Of a stretch of DNA of 54,494 bases, positions 1 through 8,780 are shown in pieces. The translations under genes and the position numbers were made by a program. Location of the stretch: sequence record SRR20825006_2186; one strand, given 5' to 3'. Position 1 is the first letter of the stretch. The number at the start of each line of letters is the position of its first letter. Below the pieces are notes generated by a model that made no database searches, was not told where the DNA came from, and was given only the letters and a program-made list of their open reading frames with translations.

Positions 1-78
1 CATTTTCATGGCACTGGTTATCTGCATCGTTGATGAGATGGATGATATCCTGTTACGTATTTCCTTTAGATTCGCCAT
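1..78 (-). CDS. atpG: ATP synthase F1 subunit gamma, 5' fragment (runs off window)
   Basis: Read manually: ATG at 78 gives MANLKEIRNRISSISSTMQITSAMKM, the conserved gamma N-terminus; follows atpA. Not in the ORF track. Confidence 0.95.
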   Translation of the reverse strand, partial: MANLKEIRNRISSISSTMQITSAMKM

Positions 79-86
79 ATTCTATT

Positions 87-173
87 TTGTCATTCCGCAC
101 TAATGCGGAATCTTTTTTGTTATGGATTCCTGCAGTACCCCTCGACTACGCTCAGGGTTCTCCAGAAATGACA
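87..173. repeat. REP/MITE-like palindromic element
   Basis: Terminal inverted repeats TTGTCATT (87-94) / AATGACAA (166-173), internal hairpin ATTCCGCA-ctaa-TGCGGAAT (92-111), and second stem ACCCT...AGGGT (137-157) around CGACTACGCTC. Confidence 0.7.
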
Positions 174-177
174 ATTG

Positions 178-1758
178 TTATGCCTTGTACTTACTAGAAA
201 GATCCTTACAAACAGCAGTCAATGTATCGGTTACCTCGTCGGTCAATTTACCGGCTTTAAGGGCATCCAACACATCTCTGTGCTTTGCGTTCAAGAACTC
301 CAAGTAATCTTTTTCGAACTCTTTTACCTTGTCAACCGGTACATTCCTCAACAAGTTCTTGGAACCTGCAAAGATAATGGCCACCTGATCTTCCACGGTA
401 AATGGGTCGTTCTGACCCTGTTTCAAGATCTCCACGTTTCTACGTCCTTTTTCAATAACGTTCAAGGTAGCGGCATCCAAATCGGAACCGAACTTGGCAA
501 AGGCTTCCAATTCACGGAACTGGGCCTGGTCCAACTTCAAGGTACCTGCCACTTTTTTCATGGATTTTATCTGTGCATTACCTCCCACACGTGATACGGA
601 GATACCTACGTTAATCGCAGGACGAACCCCTTGGTTGAACAAGTCCTGCTCCAAGAATATCTGACCATCGGTAATGGAAATTACGTTGGTAGGGATATAT
701 GCGGAAACGTCACCTGCCTGTGTTTCGATAATGGGAAGGGCTGTCAAAGAGCCTCCACCTTTTACCATAGGTTTCAATGAATCCGGAAGGTCGTTCATGT
801 TTTTTGCGATATCATCATCACCAATAACTTTAGCGGCACGCTCCAACAATCTTGAGTGCAAGAAGAAAACGTCACCAGGGTATGCTTCACGTCCTGGAGG
901 TCTTCTCAAAAGCAAGGATACCTCACGGTAAGCAACCGCTTGTTTTGACAAGTCATCATAGATAATCAAAGCCGGACGGCCTGTATCCCTGAAGAACTCA
1001 CCGATAGCTGCACCGGCAAATGGTGCATATACCTGCATTGGGGCAGGATCGGAAGCGTTAGCGGCAACAATGGTCGTATAGGCCAAAGCTCCTTTTTCTT
1101 CCAATGTTTTGGCGATGGCGGCAACCGTTGATGCTTTCTGACCTACGGCAACGTAGATACAGTAAACCGGCTCACCTGCATCATAAAATTCTTTTTGGTT
1201 TAGGATGGTATCGATACAAACGGTAGTCTTGCCTGTTTGCTTATCACCGATTACCAACTCCCTTTGCCCACGACCTACGGGAATCATGGCATCGATTGCC
1301 TTGATACCTGTCTGCATGGGTTCGTCAACGGGTTGTCTAAAAATTACACCAGGAGCCTTACGTTCCAAAGGCATCTCGTAGGTTTCACCGGAGATAGGTC
1401 CTTTACCGTCGATAGGTTTACCCAAGGTATCCACCACACGCCCAACAATTCCCTCACCAACGTTGATGGAAGCAATACGCTCGGTTCTCTTAACAGTAGC
1501 GCCTTCCACAACTTCTTTGGACGGGCCCAACAATACAACACCTACGTTGTCTTCCTCCAAGTTAAGAACGATACCTTGCATGCCTCCGTCGAACTCTACC
1601 AACTCCCCGTACTGGGCATTGGAAAGTCCATATACACGGGCAATACCATCACCTACTTGTAATACGGTACCTACTTCATCCAAAGAAGCGGATGCTTCGT
1701 AACCTGATAACTGTTTTTTCAAAATTGCTGATACCTCAGCGGCTTTTACTCCTGCCAT
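178..1758 (-). CDS. atpA: ATP synthase F1 subunit alpha
   Basis: 526 aa; [11 protein letters not shown]-loop [35 protein letters not shown]. Confidence 0.99.
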   Translation of the reverse strand: MAGVKAAEVSAILKKQLSGYEASASLDEVGTVLQVGDGIARVYGLSNAQYGELVEFDGGMQGIVLNLEEDNVGVVLLGPSKEVVEGATVKRTERIASINVGEGIVGRVVDTLGKPIDGKGPISGETYEMPLERKAPGVIFRQPVDEPMQTGIKAIDAMIPVGRGQRELVIGDKQTGKTTVCIDTILNQKEFYDAGEPVYCIYVAVGQKASTVAAIAKTLEEKGALAYTTIVAANASDPAPMQVYAPFAGAAIGEFFRDTGRPALIIYDDLSKQAVAYREVSLLLRRPPGREAYPGDVFFLHSRLLERAAKVIGDDDIAKNMNDLPDSLKPMVKGGGSLTALPIIETQAGDVSAYIPTNVISITDGQIFLEQDLFNQGVRPAINVGISVSRVGGNAQIKSMKKVAGTLKLDQAQFRELEAFAKFGSDLDAATLNVIEKGRRNVEILKQGQNDPFTVEDQVAIIFAGSKNLLRNVPVDKVKEFEKDYLEFLNAKHRDVLDALKAGKLTDEVTDTLTAVCKDLSSKYKA

Positions 1759-1760
1759 TT

Positions 1761-2300
1761 TTATAGACTATTTGTAAATTCTCTTTTTAATCCGTTCAAT
1801 TTGTTTGCGATGCTTGCATCGTATTGGGTATCTCCTACCCTAAGCACAAATCCTCCGATGATGCTCTCATCGATCTTATTCTCCAAAGTCACCTTGTTTC
1901 CGGTCGCCTTGGTCACAGTATCCAAAATTTTCTTCTCCAATTCGGAAGTCAATGGAACCGCTGTTGTAACATAAGCCACCTCTTCGCCCTTCAATTTTTC
2001 GTTGAGGATGATGTATTTAAAGGCCACTTCTTGTAACATGGCAATTCGTTTGTTGCTTATTAAGGTTTGAAGAAGCCCCTTTGTAATTTCGTTGGCTTCT
2101 TTGAAGATTTCCAACAAACTGTTCTTCTTCACTTCCGACTTGATGATCGGGCTCTCCAACATATTTTGAAGCTCCACGCTCTCAGAAATGGTCGCAGCTA
2201 TCTCCCGCATGTCCTTTTCCACGGCATCGGCCGCTTTCTTCTCGACTGCGAAATCCAAGGTTGCTTTTGCGTAACGTATGGCTGCCCTGTTTTGGTTCAT
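1761..2300 (-). CDS. atpH: ATP synthase F1 subunit delta
   Basis: 179 aa; AIRYAKA N-terminus, [20 protein letters not shown]-terminus; operon position. Confidence 0.97.
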   Translation of the reverse strand: MNQNRAAIRYAKATLDFAVEKKAADAVEKDMREIAATISESVELQNMLESPIIKSEVKKNSLLEIFKEANEITKGLLQTLISNKRIAMLQEVAFKYIILNEKLKGEEVAYVTTAVPLTSELEKKILDTVTKATGNKVTLENKIDESIIGGFVLRVGDTQYDASIANKLNGLKREFTNSL

Positions 2301-2306
2301 GGTCTA

Positions 2307-2807
2307 CTAGTTCAGTTTAATATCGCCCAACATATCCTCGACCAACTTTTGTTGTTTGCCTTTCTCGGACAGTTCTTGTTTGATTACTTTTTCGGCAATC
2401 TCTAAGGATAGGTTGGCCACTTGTGCTTTAATATCGGCAACAGCTGCTTTCTTTTCGCTTTCGATGGTAGCTTGGGCCTGCTTGATCATTTTATCGCCTT
2501 CCACCTGAGCTTGTTCTTTGGCTTCAGAGATTATGCTCGCCTTTATATCCCTTGCTTCTTTTAACAGAACATCCCTTTCGGCTCTGGCCTCTTTTAAAAG
2601 TCTTTCGCTGTCGGCTGTAACGTTCTGCATCTCCTTCTTGGCAGCTTCTGCAGCTTCAAGGGCGCCTTTAATGCCTTCTTCTCTTTTTTCTACCGCTCCA
2701 AGAATGGGTTTCCAGGCATACTTTCTAAGTAAGAACAATAGCGCTACAAAGAGCAACAATTGCCAGAAAAACAACCCGAAGGAAAACTGTTCGATTAACT
2801 TTTCCAT
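2307..2807 (-). CDS. atpF: ATP synthase F0 subunit b
   Basis: 166 aa; N-terminal TM helix, AWKPI, long Ala/Glu/Lys coiled coil. Confidence 0.97.
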   Translation of the reverse strand: MEKLIEQFSFGLFFWQLLLFVALLFLLRKYAWKPILGAVEKREEGIKGALEAAEAAKKEMQNVTADSERLLKEARAERDVLLKEARDIKASIISEAKEQAQVEGDKMIKQAQATIESEKKAAVADIKAQVANLSLEIAEKVIKQELSEKGKQQKLVEDMLGDIKLN

Positions 2808-2853
2808 TTATCTTAAAATATAAATTTCTTTAAAACTATATCACTTTTAATCA

Positions 2854-2887
2854 ATGAAGGACCATAGCCAACCGCTATGGCCTTCAT
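2854..2887 (-). promoter_or_regulatory. Intercistronic stem-loop between atpE and atpF
   Basis: ATGAAGG-a-CCATAGC-caacc-GCTATGG-CCTTCAT: 14-bp stem with one bulge; no long U-tract on the coding strand. Confidence 0.6.
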
Positions 2888-2904
2888 CAATGTTTTTACG
2901 GTTA

Positions 2905-3096
2905 TTACGCTGCAAAAAGAGCGGCGAAACCGATACCTTCAATAAGGGCTGCTGCAATCAACATTGCTGTTTGGATCTTACCAGAAGCTTCAGGTTGACG
3001 AGCAATGGCTTCCATTGCCTGTCCACCGATTCTACCGATACCCAATCCTGCTCCGATTACGATCAAACCAGCACCTACGATGTTTGGAATTGTCAT
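2905..3096 (-). CDS. atpE: ATP synthase F0 subunit c
   Basis: 63 aa; GAGLGIG glycine motif, ARQPE loop, ion-binding Glu in LIEG. Confidence 0.98.
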   Translation of the reverse strand: MTIPNIVGAGLIVIGAGLGIGRIGGQAMEAIARQPEASGKIQTAMLIAAALIEGIGFAALFAA

Positions 3097-3133
3097 GATA
3101 TATGAATTTAAATATTAAACGTTCTACTCTTAA

Positions 3134-4273
3134 TTAATGATGATCTTCTTCTACCGCCATACCAAAATATAGGGCGGACAACATGGTGAAAATATATGCC
3201 TGTAATGCCGCCACCAACAATTCCAACAAGGAAAGGGCGAATGCCAACAAGAAAGACAATGGACTTCCTATCCAGTTCTTAAAAATGAACATAAGTCCGA
3301 TAATACTCATCAATACTACGTGGCCCGCAGTAATGTTGGCGTATAAACGAATCATCAACGAAAATGGCTTGATGAACGTCCCCAACAATTCGATGGGCGC
3401 CAATATAATCTTCATGGGGACCGGTACGCCTGGCATCCAAAAGATGTGCTTCCAGTAGTTTTTGTTCCCTGTAAATGTTGTAATAAGGTATGTGATCATG
3501 GCCAAAGCAAAAGTAACGGCAATATTGTTGGTTACGTTTACCCCAAGTGGTGTTAACCCCAATAGGTTGATGACCCACACAAAGAAGAACACAGTAAGCA
3601 AATAACTCATGTATTTTTTGTACTTGTGCTCCCCAATATTTGGAATGGCAATCTCATCACGAACAAATAGTACCAAAGGTTCCAAAAACCTTCCTACACC
3701 TCTTGGCATTGTACTTTTCTGATATCTTTTCGCCATGGAACGGAAAACCAAAAACATCAAAAGCGCAACGGCCATGATAAAAACAACGTTTTTGGTAATG
3801 GAGAAATCCAAGGGCTTTTCATTGGTCGGATGCGCATCGTCCACTACCAAATCCTCTCCAAAAGCATCTTCAGTATGCGTTTCATCACCGTGGTGGCCTC
3901 CAAAATTGATTGTGCCCTCGGCATCCGTCTTATATATTTTGTTGTGGTAAAGGGCGTAGTAATTCCCATCCACTTCTGCTACTGCCTCTCCGTGCTCAAA
4001 CCGCGAAGAAGAAAAAACCTTGAGTCCATTGTCCCAAAGAATCACAGGAAGCGGGAACCCGATGTATTTGTGCTCTCCTTCGTCCGTAGTGTAGGAATAC
4101 AGATTGAAGTCATACGAATCCAACAAGTGATGATCAATATATTCCTTGATTTGGGTCTTTAAATCATGCGCACCGGTTTCAACTTCCTCTCCCTCATGAT
4201 TTTGGGCCGATACAAATCCCGCAATCAAAAAAATTACGGCAACTAGTTTTTTACTGAAAAAAGAATATCGCAT
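3134..4273 (-). CDS. atpB: ATP synthase F0 subunit a (N-terminally extended)
   Basis: PFSLMIRLYANITAGH, LELLVAALQAYIFTMLS; ATG at 4273 preferred over the TTG at 4282. Confidence 0.97.
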   Translation of the reverse strand: MRYSFFSKKLVAVIFLIAGFVSAQNHEGEEVETGAHDLKTQIKEYIDHHLLDSYDFNLYSYTTDEGEHKYIGFPLPVILWDNGLKVFSSSRFEHGEAVAEVDGNYYALYHNKIYKTDAEGTINFGGHHGDETHTEDAFGEDLVVDDAHPTNEKPLDFSITKNVVFIMAVALLMFLVFRSMAKRYQKSTMPRGVGRFLEPLVLFVRDEIAIPNIGEHKYKKYMSYLLTVFFFVWVINLLGLTPLGVNVTNNIAVTFALAMITYLITTFTGNKNYWKHIFWMPGVPVPMKIILAPIELLGTFIKPFSLMIRLYANITAGHVVLMSIIGLMFIFKNWIGSPLSFLLAFALSLLELLVAALQAYIFTMLSALYFGMAVEEDHH

Positions 4274-4305
4274 ATGATCCAACTATGGGTCCTCAAAAAT
4301 TGGTG

Positions 4306-4313
4306 CAAAAATA
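4306..4313 (-). promoter_or_regulatory. Bacteroidota -7 promoter box (TATTTTTG) upstream of atpB
   Basis: Matches TAnnTTTG, 33 nt upstream of the ATG; a -33 TTTG at canonical spacing was not evident. Confidence 0.55.
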
Positions 4314-4391
4314 CATTGCTCCTTCAAAAGAAAAAAGCTTTTTCGGGTATTATTTTTTTCTTTGTTTTTTTTGAAGAAAATCCACCCTTTG

Positions 4392-4781
4392 TTACACAGT
4401 ATTAAGCAGTTTCACCAAAAAGTAGGTTTCCAGAACGAGCGCAAATCCATAGGGTACAAAGAACACAAGGAACTCCAAACGCTCCAGAGTGCCGTCCAAA
4501 ATATAGGAGGGGTATAGAAAAATGAAAAAAAGTGTAAACTTTAGAAGACTCCCCCCTAAAAAAAAGAAGCCGAGCAAGTCCCTGTATTTGTTCCTGAAAA
4601 TGTAAATGGCAAAAAAAACGATCAAAGCCATTATCAGGTTGAGCACATAGCTCTTTATAATATGTAGTGAGCGCGGGTCATGGCCCTTGCCCTCCAAAAT
4701 CCATGACTGTGCAAAGAACAAGGCTATTAATCCTACTAACAAAAGGAAAACAAATCGAATAGGGTAAGTCCTTAACTTCAA
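4392..4781 (-). CDS. AtpI-like 4-TM membrane protein (DUF6168-like)
   Basis: Hydrophobic, FLGGSLLK and FFVPY motifs; likely TTG start at 4781 overlaps the upstream TGA; directly before atpB. Confidence 0.75.
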   Translation of the reverse strand: MKLRTYPIRFVFLLLVGLIALFFAQSWILEGKGHDPRSLHIIKSYVLNLIMALIVFFAIYIFRNKYRDLLGFFFLGGSLLKFTLFFIFLYPSYILDGTLERLEFLVFFVPYGFALVLETYFLVKLLNTV

Positions 4782-5008
4782 TCGTTGATTTTTTTGACCT
4801 GTTGAATTACCAAATATATGGAAATACCAACCGCAAGTACCGTGCAGATGGGCAAGAATACCCTTTCCGTCCCAAAATGACCATCCAACCATTTACCGCC
4901 CCATACGCCCAAATAAATGACAACGCCCATTTGAATGGCGGAACCAGACAAACGGGCGGCTGTATTGATTGTCTTTTTATACTTTTTAGGAGGCTTTTGC
5001 TGGCTCAT
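4778..5008 (-). CDS. AtpZ/AtpI family protein
   Basis: MSQQKPP start at 5008; AIQMGVVIYLGVWGGKWLDGHFG is the AtpZ-type G.WLD motif; two TM helices. Confidence 0.85.
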   Translation of the reverse strand: MSQQKPPKKYKKTINTAARLSGSAIQMGVVIYLGVWGGKWLDGHFGTERVFLPICTVLAVGISIYLVIQQVKKIND

Positions 5009-5411
5009 TCTTTGTGGTTGACTGCATTTTGGTTGCCGATGCAGATGCAACACCCTTGCCCATGGTACAGGCGGCATTAAAGGTTGCCCCGGGTTCCACG
5101 GCCAATTTTGCTACGCTTACGGTACCTTCGATATATGCAGAAGATTTTAGGGAAAGGAGGTCCTTTACATTGAGCTCACCATTGAATTTGCCTTCGATAT
5201 CAGCATTCACGCACTCTACCTTTCCGTTGATATAGCCATCCTTTCCGATAACGACCTTACCCGACGTGGTCACATTGCCCTCCAGTTTGCCATCTATTCT
5301 AAAGTCGGCTTCCGAAGTAATATCGCCTTTTATTTTAGTGTTCTTTTCAATTCTGTTGGGCTGCCCGCCAAATTCATTCATAGGTCGTGGTTTTTTGTTG
5401 TCAGAAAACAT
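4986..5411 (-). CDS. Bactofilin (polymer-forming cytoskeletal protein)
   Basis: 141 aa; beta-helical repeats IKGDITS..DFRIDGKLEGNV..GKVVIGKDG..LAVEPGATFNAAC. Confidence 0.93.
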   Translation of the reverse strand: MFSDNKKPRPMNEFGGQPNRIEKNTKIKGDITSEADFRIDGKLEGNVTTSGKVVIGKDGYINGKVECVNADIEGKFNGELNVKDLLSLKSSAYIEGTVSVAKLAVEPGATFNAACTMGKGVASASATKMQSTTKNEPAKAS

Positions 5412-5432
5412 AGTGTTCTAGGGTTTTGGGGA

Positions 5433-7964
5433 TTAAAATTGTGCTTTGTATGATTCCAAATTCTTATGGACCTGTATAATTTTATAATTGTCGGATAAAA
5501 CTACAAAATTCTCATCTTTAATGAGGTAGTCCTTATTGTTTTTTATAAGCTCAGCAAAGCCTAGGGCGAAATCTTGGGATGGAAACCCATGTACCACCAC
5601 AAACTCATCTTCCAAATTATAGATGTCCTTGGATATAATGTTCTTGTAATTTAGTTCGTCCACCACCTCGACCAAACGGTTTTTGAGCTTGGTCGCATTT
5701 TCATCATTCTTGATCTTGAACGGAAAAACCACTTTCCAGTTTCCTGCTCCTGTGGAACCTGTTTCCGGGGAAAACTCCTTGGTCTCCAATTTGGGCAATT
5801 GCTCCTCTACCATTTGTTCCGCTTTCTTCCCTTCTGGATTGTTAGGGTAGGTAAGTGCAACGTAGTTAAGTGCTTCCTTAAAAGGCTCAAACCCTTGCAA
5901 ACGGCCAATGGCGTTCGCTTTCAGCATCTCGAACTTGGGCACAATGGGATCTCCCGTAAATTGGTTGATATATTCTTCCGATTGGGTAATAACTTCCAAA
6001 AATTGCTGCTGTTCATACTTTTTGAACAAGGCCGCATACCTCGCATCAGGACTATCCGTATTTCCGTCAAGTACAGCCTGTGGGTTCAACAAAATTTCTG
6101 CGTAGCGTGTATCCGGGTGATTGGTGATGATGTTCTGTTTCATGTCCACTGCCAATGGGCTTCCGGACTCCTCATAAATCTTGTACAGATTATATTTTGA
6201 TGGCAAAATCAAGCGCTCTTCGGGACTGGAGGACAGTACGCGCTCCAATTTGGCAGCGGCCAGCATATGGTCCTTGAACTTCTCTTTATAAATCAGTCCC
6301 AATTGATAATTGGCGAAGTTGCGTTCAACCTTCAAACTATCGATAACGGCCACATCGGTGGGCACTTGTTCCAAATAATACTCGACTGAATATTTTTGGT
6401 CCTCGGTCAACACTTCTTCGCTGGCAGCAATCTCCTCTCCTGTTGCTTCGGAAACCAAGGTTTTGGATTTGTTGCTCCAGCGCCAATCGTCCTCTAAATT
6501 CCTTGTGCCCCAACGGGTCTTAAAATCGTTTCTGCCGTGGCCCAGACTGGTAATGTTATAGAAATAGAACTTTCCCTGATTCTCTTTACCGCCCTTACTG
6601 TTGGCAAACGTAGCAAAACCGGCATTGGTACGTTCCAGTTGTTTCTCCGCCTCCGCTTCTTCCTTGCGTTTCATCTCGGCAATATAATCCTCAAAATAAG
6701 CGGTTCGTTCTGCAACGGGCATTTGGTACAATGTAATCACGCTATCGGCGTGCTGAACGATATCCTCATATTTGATTACATCCTCTAGGTTGTCCAGTTT
6801 TTTACTGATACTGCGATGCTTTCTTGTGTTTTCGTTCAGGTTGGTCAAAGTACTATCGTAGTAGGAACCTGCCAATCGATATTCATCCTTATCAAAATAA
6901 TAGTCTGCCAAACTTTGATAGTTCAAGGCGAACAACTTGCGTTCTCCTTGGGTCGCCTGAATCGATTTGTTATAATAAGCCAAGGCCAAACTATCCTGAC
7001 CATAAGCCATGTGATATTCGGCCACTTGACGGTAGATCTTGTCCAAAAAGGGCCGGTTCTCCCGGTTCTCTTCCAGATCGGTGAGGTATTCCAACATCTC
7101 CTCTCGGTTTTCTTCGGCAAGTTCGGTGTTCTGTATTGTCTTTAAATGGGCATTGATCATGTACACCCGTGGTGATTTACGGTTGAGCTCGATGACCTTG
7201 TTGTATGCGTAGTTGGCACTGTCCTGATGCCCCAATTGGTCGTACAGCTGCCCAATGATGAACAGGTATCTTCCCTTTTCGGGATTCTTTTTGGTGTACG
7301 CTTGAGATATTTTTAATTTTTGAATGGCGGTATCGGGCGCATTCAAGTTGATATAGCACTGGGCGAGAACCGCATTGGCATCGGCATATTCCTGGTCCTT
7401 CAGCTTTTCGTATTTGAAAAGCCGCTTCAAGTTTTTAATGGCCACTTCGGGGTTGTCCAACCGCATGTTGGTTTTTTCCCGCCAAATGGTGGCTTCGTTC
7501 AATTTGTCGCTCTTGCTGTACTTTCTAAGGATGTAGTTGAAAGATTCCAGCGCGGGAATATAACGCTGGTCAAAATAGCGGGACTTGCCCAACAAAAGGA
7601 ATGCTTCATCGATCTGTGGATTCCGCTCCTCGTCCTTGATGTCCATGCTGTGCTTTTGGATGGCCTTGGTGGCCTTTTCCTCAGCGATTAGAAAGTTGGG
7701 GTTGTTGTCCTCGGAGTCCAGTTTTATCTCATCGGTCACCTTGAGGCGCTCCACGGGAAGGATTTCCCAATAGTCGTCCCGATAATTGGCATTGATTTCT
7801 TCCAGCCCTTTTTGAAAGGCAAGGTTACCGTTGTACAAGGTATTGAACTCGGTATTGATGGCGTGCCAATTTCGGTTGATGAACTTGTCCTTTTGGGTGG
7901 AACAGGCATTGAATGCAAGTCCTCCCAAAACCATGGCGCCTAAAAATGTATGATGAAGCTTCAA
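5433..7964 (-). CDS. sprE: T9SS/gliding TPR lipoprotein, SprE/PorW family
   Basis: 843 aa; lipobox AFNAC, KAIQKHSM, TPR repeats, FYFYN...WG.R.LEDDWRWS; syntenic with bactofilin/atpZ as in Flavobacteria. Confidence 0.82.
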   Translation of the reverse strand: MKLHHTFLGAMVLGGLAFNACSTQKDKFINRNWHAINTEFNTLYNGNLAFQKGLEEINANYRDDYWEILPVERLKVTDEIKLDSEDNNPNFLIAEEKATKAIQKHSMDIKDEERNPQIDEAFLLLGKSRYFDQRYIPALESFNYILRKYSKSDKLNEATIWREKTNMRLDNPEVAIKNLKRLFKYEKLKDQEYADANAVLAQCYINLNAPDTAIQKLKISQAYTKKNPEKGRYLFIIGQLYDQLGHQDSANYAYNKVIELNRKSPRVYMINAHLKTIQNTELAEENREEMLEYLTDLEENRENRPFLDKIYRQVAEYHMAYGQDSLALAYYNKSIQATQGERKLFALNYQSLADYYFDKDEYRLAGSYYDSTLTNLNENTRKHRSISKKLDNLEDVIKYEDIVQHADSVITLYQMPVAERTAYFEDYIAEMKRKEEAEAEKQLERTNAGFATFANSKGGKENQGKFYFYNITSLGHGRNDFKTRWGTRNLEDDWRWSNKSKTLVSEATGEEIAASEEVLTEDQKYSVEYYLEQVPTDVAVIDSLKVERNFANYQLGLIYKEKFKDHMLAAAKLERVLSSSPEERLILPSKYNLYKIYEESGSPLAVDMKQNIITNHPDTRYAEILLNPQAVLDGNTDSPDARYAALFKKYEQQQFLEVITQSEEYINQFTGDPIVPKFEMLKANAIGRLQGFEPFKEALNYVALTYPNNPEGKKAEQMVEEQLPKLETKEFSPETGSTGAGNWKVVFPFKIKNDENATKLKNRLVEVVDELNYKNIISKDIYNLEDEFVVVHGFPSQDFALGFAELIKNNKDYLIKDENFVVLSDNYKIIQVHKNLESYKAQF

Positions 7965-8063
7965 AATTATCGATAATCTTGTGTAACCTTAAACTCAAAA
8001 ATGAGCGGATTATTATAAGGCTTATCGATAAAATGCAAGAATTTTAATGTCGCTTTTCAAACA

Positions 8064-8759
8064 TCAACCGGCAAAGAAGGCTTCGAGCTCCTTCATGGTT
8101 TGCGCAGAGGTATGGATATCCTTCACAATTTCACCCTTGTTGAGCACCACGATCCGTTCGCATACTTCGGTTACGTGGATCAAATCGTGACTGGATACCA
8201 GTACCGTCACGCCTTCTTTGGCAGCCAAATCCTTGATGATTCCCTTTAATCGGATTTGGGTGGTCGGGTCCAGATTGGCAAAAGGCTCGTCCAAGATCAC
8301 CACTTCGGGGTTGCCGATAAAGCTGGCCACAATGCCCACTTTCTTCTGGTTTCCTTTGGAAAGGTCCCGCAAATACTTTTTCTGGCCCAAGATCTCATCG
8401 TGAAAGAAATCCTCAAAATTGGACAACAGGGCATCCACATCGGCCTTGTTCCTGCCGCGCAGCTCCCCGATAAAGTAGAAGTATTCCTCTGGAGTGAGGT
8501 ACCCGATCAAGAAGGTCTCATCGATAAAGGCAGAGGTAAAGGGCTTCCAGTCCTCGCTCTGGTCCACTTGCACATTTTTATTGATGATATGGCCGGATGA
8601 GGGCTGGATTAAATCGAGCAACAAACTGAAAAGCGTTGTTTTCCCCGCTCCATTGTTCCCGACCAGGCCAAAGCTCTGTCCTTTGGGAATCTCCAAGTGG
8701 TCAATGTTCAAAACGGTGTTCTCGCCGTAGGTCTTGGTCAAATTATGAACTGTGATCAT
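8064..8759 (-). CDS. ABC transporter ATP-binding protein
   Basis: Walker A GNNGAGKTT, signature LSKGN, Walker B VVILDEP, H-loop SSH. Confidence 0.96.
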   Translation of the reverse strand: MITVHNLTKTYGENTVLNIDHLEIPKGQSFGLVGNNGAGKTTLFSLLLDLIQPSSGHIINKNVQVDQSEDWKPFTSAFIDETFLIGYLTPEEYFYFIGELRGRNKADVDALLSNFEDFFHDEILGQKKYLRDLSKGNQKKVGIVASFIGNPEVVILDEPFANLDPTTQIRLKGIIKDLAAKEGVTVLVSSHDLIHVTEVCERIVVLNKGEIVKDIHTSAQTMKELEAFFAG

Positions 8760-8780
8760 GTTTTTTATATTAATGGTGTG

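Noticed and set aside
2905-3096. Na+-translocating ATP synthase
   Set aside because: The c subunit has LIEG without the Q...ES/T..Y Na+ signature, so H+ coupling is more likely.
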